Below are positions 41,351-53,054 of a stretch of 64,000 bases of DNA, one piece after another. The stretch comes from an uncultured Spirochaetota bacterium (GTDB lineage Bacteria > Spirochaetota > Brevinematia > Brevinematales > JAOACQ01). The position numbers were made by a program, and so were the translations under genes. The notes below the pieces were generated by a model. It was given only the letters and a program-made list of their open reading frames with translations. It was not told where the DNA came from and did not search any database. Each line of letters begins with the position of its first letter. Position 1 is the first letter of the stretch. The stretch covers positions 32,001 through 96,000 of the forward strand of contig CAWAOD010000009.1 of the NCBI GenBank assembly GCA_963783575.1, written 5' to 3'.

Positions 41351-41488
41351 AGGATTATCTGAGAAGCATGGCAAATTTAGCTTTATTTGAAAAATGTATT
41401 AAATAGAAATCTTCAAAATGTTTGATAATAGTTTTGCCATCTTTCTCATAAAATTGTAATATAACTTTTTTTATTTTATGCTAATATT

Positions 41489-42583
41489 ATGCAGCGAATT
41501 ATGGATTTCATTATTGGCGCCGGAATTTTGCAGGGATTGTTCCAGGCTTCTTATTTATGGTTTACAGGAAAGAAAAAAATACCTTCAAACCGTATTCTGG
41601 CATTATTAGTATTCGCTTTTTCCTTAAATCTACTCCATTCCCTTTTCAGGATCGGTATGGTTCCTGCTTTGGGCTTGAGAGCAATGGGGGCATTCGAACC
41701 ATTCCAGTTTTTATTAGGACCACTTCTCTATTTCTTTGTTCGTACCCGGACTGAAAGGAAAAATATTAGTATCGAAGAGTGGCCGCATTTTTTGCCCGGC
41801 ATTGCCATATTTATTCTTCTTCCTATATACCAGCGTATCTCACTTTCAGGAATTAATTTCGTATCTAAGGACATTTATTCATTAGTCCTTTTATTCTGGG
41901 GATTCCTGCTCCTGCAGATCAGCGTTTATCTCATATTTTGTGTTATTCTTATACGAAAGTATGATGAAGGAATTGCCGATTTTTATTCCGCAATCGGAAA
42001 AAAGAATATGAATTGGTTCCATATCTTCATGGGAGTACTGCTAATCATATATACCGGATATTTTTTTCTCATAATCATTCTTTTCCGCCATGGGACAATG
42101 CAGCACTTTGAAAGGCTCCTTTCATTACTTCAGAGTCTGGCTGTTTTTGGAATTGGTTACGCGTCTTTTTTTCATGACGATACCGAATTGGAACCGTCTA
42201 TTGAGAAAGCCCAGGCTTATTTCGAAAAAAAACAATTTTCTGATGATATGCTGCCCGGCCTTCGTGAGGATCTTTTAAAACTTATAGAAGAAAAGAAACC
42301 TTACCTGGACCCTGAACTTAAGCTTCCCCAACTGGCTGAAATGGCCGGAATGCCAAGAAATACCCTTTCCAGGCTGATTAACGAAGGATTTGGTAAAAAT
42401 TTTTACGATTTTATAAATAACTACAGAGTACTGGAAGTGATTCGTTTGATGCGTCAACTGGCGAAAGGTCATTACAAGATTTTAACGCTGGCGTTTGAAG
42501 CCGGCTTCAATTCCAAACCCGCTTTCAACTCCATTTTCAAAAAAATAACCGGTAAGACCCCCTCCGAATACAAAAAAATCTGA
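41489..42583 (+). CDS. Membrane-anchored AraC-family regulator
   Basis: Multi-TM N-terminus; NFYDFINNYR, AFEAGFNSK..FN..FKKITGKTPSEY. Confidence 0.92.
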   Translation: MQRIMDFIIGAGILQGLFQASYLWFTGKKKIPSNRILALLVFAFSLNLLHSLFRIGMVPALGLRAMGAFEPFQFLLGPLLYFFVRTRTERKNISIEEWPHFLPGIAIFILLPIYQRISLSGINFVSKDIYSLVLLFWGFLLLQISVYLIFCVILIRKYDEGIADFYSAIGKKNMNWFHIFMGVLLIIYTGYFFLIIILFRHGTMQHFERLLSLLQSLAVFGIGYASFFHDDTELEPSIEKAQAYFEKKQFSDDMLPGLREDLLKLIEEKKPYLDPELKLPQLAEMAGMPRNTLSRLINEGFGKNFYDFINNYRVLEVIRLMRQLAKGHYKILTLAFEAGFNSKPAFNSIFKKITGKTPSEYKKI

Positions 42584-42669
42584 ATTAGTGGTCTAAAGCT
42601 ATCTCTTAAGACGATTTTTTCTTTTTTCCTCCTTATCTTAATACAATCGAAAACTAAGGAGGAAATTTT

Positions 42670-43128
42670 ATGAAAACAGAACAAACAAAATTCTATGCCC
42701 GGATGTCGTTATTAAGCGTTATTATAACGGTTATTCCGGCATCCATCGTTCACTTCTATGAGTTTGGTTATCGCGCTTTTATTGCCGGGGCTGGCATAAT
42801 CCTGTTAATTTGTGTTTTATTCTTTATGTACAGGCGGACAAAAAACAAATTTTTCATTTTAGCCTATGGTATTATTAATGCTTTTATCATCATCGGCTTC
42901 GGACTTATAAACGGCTTCTGGAACCATGCTTTTAAGATATTTCTAACTTATTTACATAATGGCTTACCCCCATTGTTATCAAAACTTTTCTTAAATCCGC
43001 AAATTGGAAGTTTTATTTATGAGACAATGGGCATACTCATTTTTGCGGCCAGTATGTTCGCGGCTTATTATGGTTATAAATTTATTCGTGATATTATAAA
43101 GGAGGAAAATCATGAAGAACTCAACTAA
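42670..43128 (+). CDS. Hypothetical membrane protein
   Basis: Four hydrophobic segments; first gene of the ABC operon. Confidence 0.7.
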   Translation: MKTEQTKFYARMSLLSVIITVIPASIVHFYEFGYRAFIAGAGIILLICVLFFMYRRTKNKFFILAYGIINAFIIIGFGLINGFWNHAFKIFLTYLHNGLPPLLSKLFLNPQIGSFIYETMGILIFAASMFAAYYGYKFIRDIIKEENHEELN

Positions 43129-43834
43129 TTTCATTCAATTGGAACAGGTGTCCAGGTCGTTTGGCCCATCTTCCAGCCGGTTTGACGCGCTGAAAAACAT
43201 TAATTTCGTTATTAATCAGGGTGAACATGTTGCTATTATAGGCAAATCCGGTAGCGGCAAATCGACACTGCTCAATATTCTGACTGGTATCGATCATCCG
43301 AGCCGGGGAACGGTTACCATCAATGGGACTAAAGTCCATATATTAAGTGAAAGCAGCCTGGCAACCTGGCGTGGAAAAAATATCGGTATAGTCTTTCAGT
43401 TTTTTCAGCTTATCCCTACTCTCAGCATCCTGGAAAATCTTTTGATAGCAATGGATTTTGTAAATGTCATTCCCAAAAAAGAAAGACCTAAGCGGGCGAA
43501 AGAGCTGCTTTTCCAAACCGGAATTTCATCTCATGCCAATAAATTGCCGGCTTCCTTATCAGGCGGTGAACAACAGCGTGCCGCTATCGCAAGGGCTCTG
43601 GCCAATGATCCTCCCATTATCGTGGCGGATGAACCCACCGGAAACCTTGATAGTAAAACCACCGAAATAATTTTTAACTTATTCACAGAACTCGTTATAA
43701 ACGGTAAAACCGTTATTGTAGTGACTCACGAGAAAATTTTGAGTTCCGAATATGACCGGATTATTAATCTCAAGGATGGTATGATTATCGATGATAAATA
43801 TGACAATAAATCTAATTATGGAGAACAATTATGA
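43112..43834 (+). CDS. ABC transporter ATPase (MacB/LolD type)
   Basis: [25 protein letters not shown]. Confidence 0.95.
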   Translation: MKNSTNFIQLEQVSRSFGPSSSRFDALKNINFVINQGEHVAIIGKSGSGKSTLLNILTGIDHPSRGTVTINGTKVHILSESSLATWRGKNIGIVFQFFQLIPTLSILENLLIAMDFVNVIPKKERPKRAKELLFQTGISSHANKLPASLSGGEQQRAAIARALANDPPIIVADEPTGNLDSKTTEIIFNLFTELVINGKTVIVVTHEKILSSEYDRIINLKDGMIIDDKYDNKSNYGEQL

Positions 43835-46207
43835 ACACAAAAATAAAGAAGGTTATCAGTGATTTGTTGATAAATCCCGGCCGTACAGCGCTTATTATTT
43901 TTGCTCTGGTAATTGGACTCTGGGGCGTCGGATCCGTTTTGGTATTCATATGCTATTTTGAGTAATGATCTGAATAGGAATTTTCAGAAAACCGATCCTC
44001 CCCATGTCCTCATAAGGTCAAAGGATTTTGACCGGTTAAAATTGGCTGACTTAAGAAGCCGGCCGGAAATTGAAAAAGCCGAATTCAGAGATTTTTCATC
44101 ACTAAGGATCGAGACACGTCCAAATGATTGGATACCTCTATGGTTATTTGGCGTGGAAGATTTTAATAATTTCAATCTTGCTAGAATTTATGACCGTTAT
44201 GGAAAAGGTATACCACCCATAGGTCCAAAAGATGGAGAAATGGTAATAGAACGCGATGGACTCAAATTTTCCGATTTGAAAGCCGGTTTCAGCGCACGTA
44301 TACGCTCCGGAGGCAGAGTTCTTAATATTCCAGTTGCCGGTATCGTTTTTGATCCTGCTCAGTCACCCGGGACACAGGATCATTTGATTTATGCATATGT
44401 GAATAAAAAGACATTTTCGGAAATTACCGGCGAATCGGCTAATCAACAGCTAGTGATTCGTTTTAGAAACGTGGCATCGAGAGAAGATGTGCAGGCGAAA
44501 AGCAATAATCTCACCGATTATTTTAAATCACTGGGCATTACCATAGACAAGATTACGATTCCCAAGTTTAACTCACATCCTCACCAGTGGCAGCTGAATA
44601 CCCTGCTTTTTCTCGTGGGCAGCATCGGGTTTCTCGCATTTTTAATGGGCGCTGTTATAGTTTCCCAACTTATGGCGGCTATTCTGGCAAGACAAATACG
44701 TCAAATAGGTATTCTTAAAGCAATTGGCACATCACGATCCCAGGTATTTCTGATTTATGTTGCAATGGTGCTCGCTCTGGGAGTCATGTCAGGTGCGATC
44801 GCGATACCGCTGGCAATCAAATTTGGTTATGCTTATTCTTACTTTGTGGCGGATATTATTAACTTCGAAATTCTTACCGTGTCTCTCCCGATTCAGGTAT
44901 ATGTATATCTTATTTCCGCCAGCTTTTTATTACCTATCTTATTGTCTCTCCCGGCAATTTTAAGAGGAACAAGAATATCTGTTCTCGATGCATTAAGCGA
45001 TTATGGTATCCGGCAGGAATCTTCATCCACCAAGAAGACTATGGTGGTTCACAGATTCTTCCCTGCTAAATTTGCTATGGCTTTTAGAAATACCCTGCGG
45101 CGCAAAAACCGCCTCATAGTTACAGTGATTTCTATGGCGCTCGGAGTGGCAATTTTTAACGCAGGATTTAACGTGCAACAATCAGTAAAACATCTCTTGC
45201 TGGACGTAAACAATAGTATGAAGCATGACGTGCAGGTGGTACTTATTAATCAAATGCCAAAAGAGGAGATATTGAAATATTTCAACGGTATTGATAATAT
45301 AAGCCGGATAGAAACCTGGAATGGCGGACGCGGTGGGATGCAATCCATGGTCATTGCTTCGGATGAAGGCGTAGGAATTATCTCTCTGCCTTATAATACA
45401 GATTTGATCGGTTTCAGATCCGTCAAAGGTCGCTGGCTGAATAATCCAACAGAACCGGAGATAGTTATGAACCAGGAAGCGGCAATTCTTTATTACAATC
45501 CTGCAATAGGCAGCTATCAAACAATAAGTATCAAAGGGAAAAAACTTACTGCAAAACTGGTAGGAATAGTTGATGAAGCTGAAAAGCCGATGGTTTATAT
45601 GGATGAACATCTATACGACAAAGTTGCTAACCCCAATCATTATGTCAATAGCCTGATGTTCGTTGCCAAAGATAGAAGTTACGATAAGGTTATAGCCTTG
45701 AAGCGGGATATCGAAAAGGCAATCGCGCCGACCAATCTGCAAATACTCTATGTTCTGCTGCAGGCGGAAAGGGTTAAAATTATCTATGATCATTTAAAAA
45801 TAATTCTGGTGACGCTTATTTTCTTTGCCTCACTTGTACTCGTAGTAAGCGCGATGGGAATGGCATCCGCCACAAGCATCAATATTATGGAAAGAACCCG
45901 TGAAATCGGTGTGTTAAGAGCGGTTGGCGCCACTCCAAAGATAATCTACAACCTTTTTGTTACCGAAGGTATAATAGTAAGTGTTGTCAGCATTATTCTG
46001 GGATTGTTATTATCGTGGCCCCTCAGCATAGTCTCCGCAAGGTTTTTCGGCGCTTTAATGCTGGATGTCGTACTTCAACCTACCTTTAGTAAGGCTGGTC
46101 TTGTAATAACGCTCATTACCACTATTATTTTCGGCTGGGTAGCCAGCAGGATTCCTGCTCGTAATGCAATTAAAGTTTCGACGCGGGAAGCACTTTCGTA
46201 TGAATAG
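43831..46207 (+). CDS. ABC permease (double FtsX/MacB), frameshift near 43912
   Basis: ATG at 43831 ([12 protein letters not shown]); RQIGILKAIG and ERTREIGVLRAVGA. Confidence 0.9.
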
Positions 46208-46255
46208 TCATTGTTATATATATTATTTTACTAAAATTATAAAAAGGAGATTCTA

Positions 46256-46420
46256 ATGATCAGAAAAGTCACAGGAATAATGCTTATTTTGGCCGGTATC
46301 AGTCTGATTATCTTGCTGTTTTTAACCCATAGCCCATTATTTCCGCATATATCCGGACCGATTATTCTTATTGCTATAGGAATAATAATTCTTTTCTTAA
46401 ATAGAAAAAAAGTTAAATAA
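46256..46420 (+). CDS. Small 54-aa two-TM protein (not in ORF track)
   Basis: AAGGAG RBS; MIRKVTGIMLILAGISLIILLFLTHSPLFPHISGPIILIAIGIIILFLNRKKVK. Confidence 0.65.
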   Translation: MIRKVTGIMLILAGISLIILLFLTHSPLFPHISGPIILIAIGIIILFLNRKKVK

Positions 46421-46435
46421 TTTGCAGGCATCTTT

Positions 46436-46470
46436 AAAACCAGCGGTATATAAGCCGCTGGTTTTTATTT
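46436..46470. terminator. Bidirectional intrinsic terminator
   Basis: aaaaccagcgg-loop-ccgctggtttt between convergent genes. Confidence 0.8.
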
Positions 46471-46518
46471 GAGCTTAATAACCCACGATTCGAACAAACA
46501 GGTCAATCAGCCTGCCTG

Positions 46519-47451
46519 TTAAAATTTAATTTCTGTGCCCACATAAGTCCTGCCGTCGGAGGCTCCGTACAAGCCAAGCGACGCGACATCGTAAAAATTT
46601 TTCTTTATTGAGGCTTCAAAAAGAGGCGACTGGTTATTAAGTATCAGCTCACGTATCGCAAAAGTTATTTTCTGATACTCTACGGCTTCTTCGAACCTCA
46701 CTTCAATAGTATTTGTAGACATCAGGGTAGTTTCGGCAATCCCGCGCAAAATAAAATCGCCGAGACTGTAATTGCCGCCTAATGATACCTGAGCGCATGT
46801 ATTGAAATTTGTCGGTTCATAAACGAAAGGGTTGACATGCTCAAACTGAAAAACACCGCGGACATAATAGTCTTCTGTTTCGTACTTGACCATTGCGGCG
46901 GCGGGTATGTTATGCCTGTAATCGCCCTGGGAATAACCGGCCTCGAAATGATCGAAGAAAAACCCGGCGCGGATTCCGGCGGCTGTTTTAAAAACCGGTA
47001 TGAACTGGGCCGGAGAATCGAAATAAGCCGGGTTATTCGTGACGGAATAGGGATAAACTAAAAGCAGAGTGTCGTAATTCTGCCGGTATGTTGCCGCTCC
47101 CCTCATCGAAATGAACATGAGATTAAAAAAACGGTAAGTTACGCCGTAGTCATAAAGATAGATATTGTTTAATATAAACTGATAATTGGTTTCCGGAACA
47201 TGAGTGTCGCGGTAAGCGTTAAGCGTCGAGAAAAACTGAAGATCTCCGAGGTTTCCTATTGAAGGCGTAAAATTATACCGGAGAAATATATCCCTGATAT
47301 TAAAGGTATTCGAGTGAAACCCATATGTCATCAGACCGAATGAATGAAACACATTTATGTTTGTTTCAGTATAGTCATCGTTAATGTAATCAACGGCAAA
47401 AACAGGCATTGCCATAAATAGAAGCAGCATAAATAAATAAAATCTCTTCAT
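46519..47451 (-). CDS. Probable outer-membrane beta-barrel protein
   Basis: Signal peptide, aromatic-rich alternating strands, C-terminal YVGTEIKF. Confidence 0.6.
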   Translation of the reverse strand: MKRFYLFMLLLFMAMPVFAVDYINDDYTETNINVFHSFGLMTYGFHSNTFNIRDIFLRYNFTPSIGNLGDLQFFSTLNAYRDTHVPETNYQFILNNIYLYDYGVTYRFFNLMFISMRGAATYRQNYDTLLLVYPYSVTNNPAYFDSPAQFIPVFKTAAGIRAGFFFDHFEAGYSQGDYRHNIPAAAMVKYETEDYYVRGVFQFEHVNPFVYEPTNFNTCAQVSLGGNYSLGDFILRGIAETTLMSTNTIEVRFEEAVEYQKITFAIRELILNNQSPLFEASIKKNFYDVASLGLYGASDGRTYVGTEIKF

Positions 47452-47473
47452 AAATGTTTCTCCAAAATTTTTA

Positions 47474-48535
47474 TTATTTTATCAGGTCAAAACGGTATTC
47501 CATATCGGCTTTAAGCTCCTGGTCATAGCGTATATCCATATTCCAGGGCACATCCGGCGCGGGAAGAAATGTTCCGTTCACAAATCCAAATGTTAAAGCA
47601 ATTTCATCAGTGAATTTAATTGTCCTGTGAATATTGAAACCGATATAAAGCGGCGGGCGGTAAAAGGGATCGCCCTCAATTGAAATGTACTGATGATTTG
47701 TGATTATAAACTGGTCGGATACAAAAGCCTGCACGGTAAACAAAAATTCCCACATCTTAAAATTATATTCCCCGTAAAACGCCTGTCCGAAAACGTTAAG
47801 CTGAGGATTTGAGTCCCTGTCGGGAAGCCAGTATGACGCCGTATATAAGAGGCTGAAAGTTTCGTTTTTCAAACCCGCCGCGCCGTTATAATTTTCAGTA
47901 ATATTCACAACATGCGTATGTTCATGGCCGCCGTTATGCCAGTAATGGCCGGCGACATAAAACATGTCATAGGAATATATAACCCCGACATCGAACCGTT
48001 CCCGGAAACTTTCGGTATCCGGGTTCTGCCAGTTCATATAAAAATCGGCCTTTTGATTATCGTCTTTGTATTTCAACTGTCCGCCGTATTCATAAAAGCT
48101 CATTGTATTTGTAGGGTTCATTGATGGAATATTTTCACTTATGGGAACACGGTTCTGAGGCGTAATATTGACAATCGGGTCCATCATAAAAGGAGCAAAA
48201 TCATGATTATTTTCAAGGCTTCCGACAATAAGCGAATAATTTCCAAGAAGGAACTTGCTCTGAACATAAGGATAATAATCCAGAATTTTTTCATTCTGGT
48301 TGAATGGAATCAGGAAACCGGAACCCAGGCGGAACTCAACTCCCGGGATTTCACTGATATAAAAGTATGGCTGGACCAGGTCTTCAAAATATGTCAGTGT
48401 TCCCTGCGTATATTCCCAGTCGTGGCCCTGTTCGTCATTATAAGCATAACCCGAATTATAAAGCCGGAATTGAACCTCGCTGAAAACAGGCGCTGAAATA
48501 AGTAATATAAAAACAAAAATAAAAACACGCTTCAT
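47474..48535 (-). CDS. Probable outer-membrane beta-barrel protein
   Basis: Signal peptide, aromatic-rich, ends MEYRFDLIK. Confidence 0.6.
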   Translation of the reverse strand: MKRVFIFVFILLISAPVFSEVQFRLYNSGYAYNDEQGHDWEYTQGTLTYFEDLVQPYFYISEIPGVEFRLGSGFLIPFNQNEKILDYYPYVQSKFLLGNYSLIVGSLENNHDFAPFMMDPIVNITPQNRVPISENIPSMNPTNTMSFYEYGGQLKYKDDNQKADFYMNWQNPDTESFRERFDVGVIYSYDMFYVAGHYWHNGGHEHTHVVNITENYNGAAGLKNETFSLLYTASYWLPDRDSNPQLNVFGQAFYGEYNFKMWEFLFTVQAFVSDQFIITNHQYISIEGDPFYRPPLYIGFNIHRTIKFTDEIALTFGFVNGTFLPAPDVPWNMDIRYDQELKADMEYRFDLIK

Positions 48536-48617
48536 TATGGGCTTAAACCTCCATATTTTAATCGATAATTATAAATAGATTGCCCATTATCCGCAAAAAA
48601 TATTGTGAACTAATTCT

Positions 48618-49460
48618 TTATAATGAAGATTTTAATGTTTCTTTTGCCAATTGAACGGAAATCTCAAGGCTCAAAGGTTCCGCTTTTTGTTTTTTATAAC
48701 CCCCGGATGATCCGCCTCCTCTCATCCCTCTTCCCCTGCCGCCGGAAGTTCTGCCCGGATCTCCGCCACCGCCGTTATCACTGTTCATATTTTCAAAAAT
48801 ATTATTTTCCCGGGTTTGAAAAATAAGTCTGACAGATTCGCCAGGATTTTTCGCTATGGATGCGATGTAATTTGTGCTTTTTGATAAGGGTAATTTTAAC
48901 TCATAGGTAAGGATTTCATCATAATTAGTAATATAAACCTCCGTTCCCATAACTCCAGCCACATTATAAACAGCTGGTTTTCCATTTCTGGATTTGAATA
49001 TTTCCAGTTCATCAAACTGCTGCCTGAAAAAATCATTTTTCAATGCGTCATTCAGTGATCTGTCGGTATTTTTCCCGAACAACACCTTTATGACATTGGA
49101 ATACATATTTATGATACCGATAGGATAATGAATCCCAAGGGTTCCCTTATTGATTCCTGCGGAATTAAACCATGCCGTTAAACCCTGCATAATTATCTGC
49201 CTGGCTAAACTTTTATTGCTCATACTGATGCATAAATAGAGAAAATCATTGTCGTTTGCTATACCAATATTCAAATTTTCATTTTCCAGATACTGCATAT
49301 TATTTGTCCAGTTATCAATATTACCGTCAATCTTTATTTCGCGGTCTCTCCAACCGCTTTTAATGCGGTAATTCTCACAGGCTGTAAAGAATAATAAAGT
49401 TATTAATAATCCGGAAATCAAAAAAATATACCGTACAAACAACGGATTATAAAATTTCAT
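48618..49460 (-). CDS. Hypothetical lipoprotein with Gly-rich tail
   Basis: FFTAC lipobox; IKIDGNIDNW motif. Confidence 0.7.
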   Translation of the reverse strand: MKFYNPLFVRYIFLISGLLITLLFFTACENYRIKSGWRDREIKIDGNIDNWTNNMQYLENENLNIGIANDNDFLYLCISMSNKSLARQIIMQGLTAWFNSAGINKGTLGIHYPIGIINMYSNVIKVLFGKNTDRSLNDALKNDFFRQQFDELEIFKSRNGKPAVYNVAGVMGTEVYITNYDEILTYELKLPLSKSTNYIASIAKNPGESVRLIFQTRENNIFENMNSDNGGGGDPGRTSGGRGRGMRGGGSSGGYKKQKAEPLSLEISVQLAKETLKSSL

Positions 49461-49741
49461 TCAAAAACTCCTCATCGGCGCCAGGTATTTTGGAATATTA
49501 TCTGAGCTTTTCAAAAGAATTCTGAAATATGATAAGAATTATTATCAAAACAAAAAGCCCAATTTCAATGACAATATTCCATGGTTCTGTAAAAAATATA
49601 ATTTTTAATTTTTCCATATTTCACCTCCTTCGATGGAGTTAATTCATAGCTTGTTAATGCGCTCGGGATAAAACTATAAGGCATCGATAAGACAAAAAGA
49701 TGCAGGGTTTTGTCTTTTTTGTTAACTCCTGCAAATTATAG

Positions 49742-50800
49742 TCATAAACTACCGCTTACACCTGCCTCCTCAAAAGAAGACATTTCGCACATAATCCGGC
49801 ATGAGGCTTCGATAAGATTAATAGCCAGAACAGCGCCTGTTCCTTCGCCAAGACGCATCCCAAGATCAAGGATTGGTTCAAGCTCAAGCATTTTAAGGGC
49901 GGCTTTTTGCCCGGCTTCAACTGATTTATGGCCTGAAAAAAAGTAGTCTTTTACATAAGGTTTGATAAGATATGCGATAAGCCCTCCGGCGGTTGAGATC
50001 AGCCCATCCAGTACAACGGGGATTTTTACCGCGGCAGCGGCGAGACATGCTCCGGCTATTCCGCCGATTTCAAAACCCCCAACTTTCTGCAGAATATCAA
50101 GGCCGTTTTTCGGGTCAGGCTTTCTCTGTCCAAGGGCTCTTGCAATTATTTCAACTTTATTTTTAAATCCGGTATCATTCAACCCGGTTCCACGGCCGGC
50201 GGTTTTTTCAGGGCTAAGACCGGTAGCGGCAGAAATTATCGCGGCGGCCGAAGTGCTGTTTCCAATCCCCATTTCTCCTACGCCGGCGATATTGAATTTT
50301 TCGGTTTTATAAGCATCATCAAAAACTTCAATCCCCAACTCAATTGATCGGATTGCTTCGCCCACCGTCATAGAGTCCTCTATTAAAAAATTGCGGGTTC
50401 CTTTCCGTACCTTTTTGTTAATCAATCCAGGCTCCGATCCGAATTCATAATTAACTCCCATATCGATCACGCTTATACCGGCTCCGGCCTGCCTGCATAG
50501 TACATTTATAGCTGCTCCTCCATGGAGAAAATTCAATACCATTTGAGGCGTCACTTCGGCTGGATAAGCGGATACTCCTTCGGCGGCAATTCCATGATCG
50601 CCGGCAAAAACAAACATCTTTTTCACAGCTATTTTTGGGGTTAAGCTATTTTGGATTAAAGACATTCGAACCGCCATTTCTTCCAGCCTGCCAAGCGAGC
50701 CGGCTGGTTTAGTTTTTAAATCCATTTTATGCCTTGCATTTTTTTCAAGAGTCCTGCTCAAAGGCAAAATTTCATTAATAGTTTTCTGTAGAAGTCTCAT
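49742..50800 (-). CDS. cobT: Nicotinate-nucleotide-dimethylbenzimidazole phosphoribosyltransferase
   Basis: TKPAGSLGRLE, FAGDHG, GEMGIGNST, MRLGEGTGA. Confidence 0.97.
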   Translation of the reverse strand: MRLLQKTINEILPLSRTLEKNARHKMDLKTKPAGSLGRLEEMAVRMSLIQNSLTPKIAVKKMFVFAGDHGIAAEGVSAYPAEVTPQMVLNFLHGGAAINVLCRQAGAGISVIDMGVNYEFGSEPGLINKKVRKGTRNFLIEDSMTVGEAIRSIELGIEVFDDAYKTEKFNIAGVGEMGIGNSTSAAAIISAATGLSPEKTAGRGTGLNDTGFKNKVEIIARALGQRKPDPKNGLDILQKVGGFEIGGIAGACLAAAAVKIPVVLDGLISTAGGLIAYLIKPYVKDYFFSGHKSVEAGQKAALKMLELEPILDLGMRLGEGTGAVLAINLIEASCRIMCEMSSFEEAGVSGSL

Positions 50801-51621
50801 AAATTCTCCTTATTATTTAATTCAAAGTTCTCAATAACCTGAAGCGAGGCTTCAAGATCGGCTTCATTGAAGACCTCGATTATGACGGTTCCTTCAAATC
50901 CCTTTAAGCTTTCCAGCATCATATTCAATTCAAACGGAGCAGTCACATTCAACGCCTTGTGGTCCTGTCCTTTATCAATACCATGGATATGAATTATACT
51001 GATTTTATTCTTAAAAACTTTCCTGAATTTTTCAGGATCCTGTTTCCTGATAAAAAGATGCCCGAAGTCCATACAAATATTAAACGGAGACTCAAGAATA
51101 ACATCACTGAGTTCAGTCAAATCGACGAATGTATTCTCTATAGCGATTTTTGAGGCCTGCCCGCCTGTTTCTTTAATTAACAGTTCCAGGATTTTCTGAA
51201 AACGGTCCCGGTCAGGAGAAGCCCCGGTCCCGGTTTTTACCGTTTCCGCATAATCATTTTTATCAATGTGAAGGATGAATTTTCCTGTTTTCAATAAAAG
51301 CATCCGGTTCATCAGTGAACATATTAACCCGGTATTTTCCAGAAGCTCATTATCGGAAGACGATAAAAGATGAAGATCAAGCGGTAAATGGACCGTATAG
51401 ATAATCCCCGATTCTTCCTGAATTCCTTTCAATCTTCCGATGATGGAAGGAGATGCTGTTTCATTTATATAATCTTTCCCAAAAACAAGAAGCTGAACCG
51501 TATCAAAAACATCTTTAAGGAAAGTCACATTTTGGATAAGATTATCCTCTTCGACAGGTAAAATGTAGGATGTAGCCCCCAATTTATACGAAAATCTATT
51601 TCTGTATGATTTTAAATCCAT
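50797..51621 (-). CDS. cbiR: Cobamide remodelling phosphodiesterase CbiR-like (AP endonuclease 2 fold)
   Basis: LGATSYILP, TVHLPLD, IEN, CMDFGH, HIHG, DH, IEVF; located between cobS and cobT. Confidence 0.7.
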   Translation of the reverse strand: MDLKSYRNRFSYKLGATSYILPVEEDNLIQNVTFLKDVFDTVQLLVFGKDYINETASPSIIGRLKGIQEESGIIYTVHLPLDLHLLSSSDNELLENTGLICSLMNRMLLLKTGKFILHIDKNDYAETVKTGTGASPDRDRFQKILELLIKETGGQASKIAIENTFVDLTELSDVILESPFNICMDFGHLFIRKQDPEKFRKVFKNKISIIHIHGIDKGQDHKALNVTAPFELNMMLESLKGFEGTVIIEVFNEADLEASLQVIENFELNNKENL

Positions 51622-51630
51622 ATTGCCCGC

Positions 51631-52428
51631 TTATTTCAAAATAACAACAATAATCAATAAGGCCAGTTCCACAGTTTCATTAAGCGCACCCAGAACATCA
51701 CCGGTGACTCCGCCTATTTTATAACCGGAATAAAATTTAACCGCCACAGTACAGATTCCGGCTGTAATGAAGCATGTTAAAACCGGAACCAGAAATTTCA
51801 AGCCAAAGAATAATAATAAAAGACCGGATAAAAACAGAGTAACTACAAGGCCAGCCGTAAAAACAGAAGCCGGAATCCGTCCAACAAAAGCTTTACCGGT
51901 TCCATTCTCCCGGGGATAATTGGAAACGAAGCCAAGAGCCGCCATGGAAAACCTTGATAATACCGGTATGATCAGAAGTAATGGTACCGAATCCGGAACA
52001 AAAATTATTTTTTTTAAAAAAATCCATTTTGCCAGGAAATAAATTACTAAACCTGCAAGCGCAAAACTACCTATGCGGCTGTCTTTCATAATCATCAGAC
52101 GTTCGGTTTTTGTCCTGTCGGCTAGAAAGGCGTCAAATGTATCGGAAAGGCCGTCAAGGTGAAAAAACCCGTTAAAAAAATAAGGCAGGCACAGAAGTAT
52201 CAACGCTGATATCTCAGGTTCGGTATGAATTTTATTACAGCCCATCGCCGCTAGATACCACAATATGCCGTAAAACAAACCGGCGATGGGGAAGAAAGCC
52301 GCCGTAAAATGAATAATTTCATTTGGATTACCGATACGGCTATTACCGGGAAGATGGAGCCTGGTGAGCAAGCCGAATGTAAAAAGAAGTGCGCGGTACA
52401 TTTTTGAAATACCGGTTTTAAAACTCAT
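51631..52428 (-). CDS. cobS: Cobalamin synthase
   Basis: HLDGLSDTFD, MKDSRIGSF, GGVTGDVLGA. Confidence 0.95.
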   Translation of the reverse strand: MSFKTGISKMYRALLFTFGLLTRLHLPGNSRIGNPNEIIHFTAAFFPIAGLFYGILWYLAAMGCNKIHTEPEISALILLCLPYFFNGFFHLDGLSDTFDAFLADRTKTERLMIMKDSRIGSFALAGLVIYFLAKWIFLKKIIFVPDSVPLLLIIPVLSRFSMAALGFVSNYPRENGTGKAFVGRIPASVFTAGLVVTLFLSGLLLLFFGLKFLVPVLTCFITAGICTVAVKFYSGYKIGGVTGDVLGALNETVELALLIIVVILK

Positions 52429-53054
52429 TTCAGCCTCCGAGGCATTCCGGCGCAGACAAAGTAAACAAAATCTGCAAGCGAAGCTATTTTCCTGTTCATC
52501 CTACCATGAATATCCCTGTATAATCTGGTCTCCTCATCAGCCGGAACAATGCCCATGCCCAGTTCATTTGAAACAACAATTAAAATCCTGCTTTCAGGAT
52601 TTAATAATCCCCGTGCTTCAATTTTAAACCCGGGCTGTCCTTCATCGAGAACCGATTGAAATTCCGCATCATCCTTTAGAAAGTCTTTACCCCAAATGGA
52701 GGTTATTTTATCAAGGTTTCTTTCCACCTCCATTTCTATTTGATCCGATTTACGGTAATAAAATAAATTCCCAAGCCAGACAGTCAGGCATTCAAGCATT
52801 ATGATCCGGTATTGAGCTTCCATTTCTTCAATTTTCCCTGAAATGTCAAGCGGAGTTTCGATGGTTTTAAAACACATGCCCCGGTTTGTCTTATGAACGA
52901 GGATCCTCTGTTCAAAATCATCGCCTGTTTCTTCGGCGGTCGCGAGGTATCCGATTGTTTCATCTCCGCTTCGGAGCCGTAAAGCCAGTTTTTCCGCAAA
53001 ACCGCTTTTTCCGGAACGCGCTCCGCCGAGGATCAAAACTATATATTTTGCCAT
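52425..53054 (-). CDS. cobU: Cobinamide kinase/guanylyltransferase
   Basis: GGARSGKS, YLATA, VSNELGMGIVP. Confidence 0.95.
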   Translation of the reverse strand: MAKYIVLILGGARSGKSGFAEKLALRLRSGDETIGYLATAEETGDDFEQRILVHKTNRGMCFKTIETPLDISGKIEEMEAQYRIIMLECLTVWLGNLFYYRKSDQIEMEVERNLDKITSIWGKDFLKDDAEFQSVLDEGQPGFKIEARGLLNPESRILIVVSNELGMGIVPADEETRLYRDIHGRMNRKIASLADFVYFVCAGMPRRLK

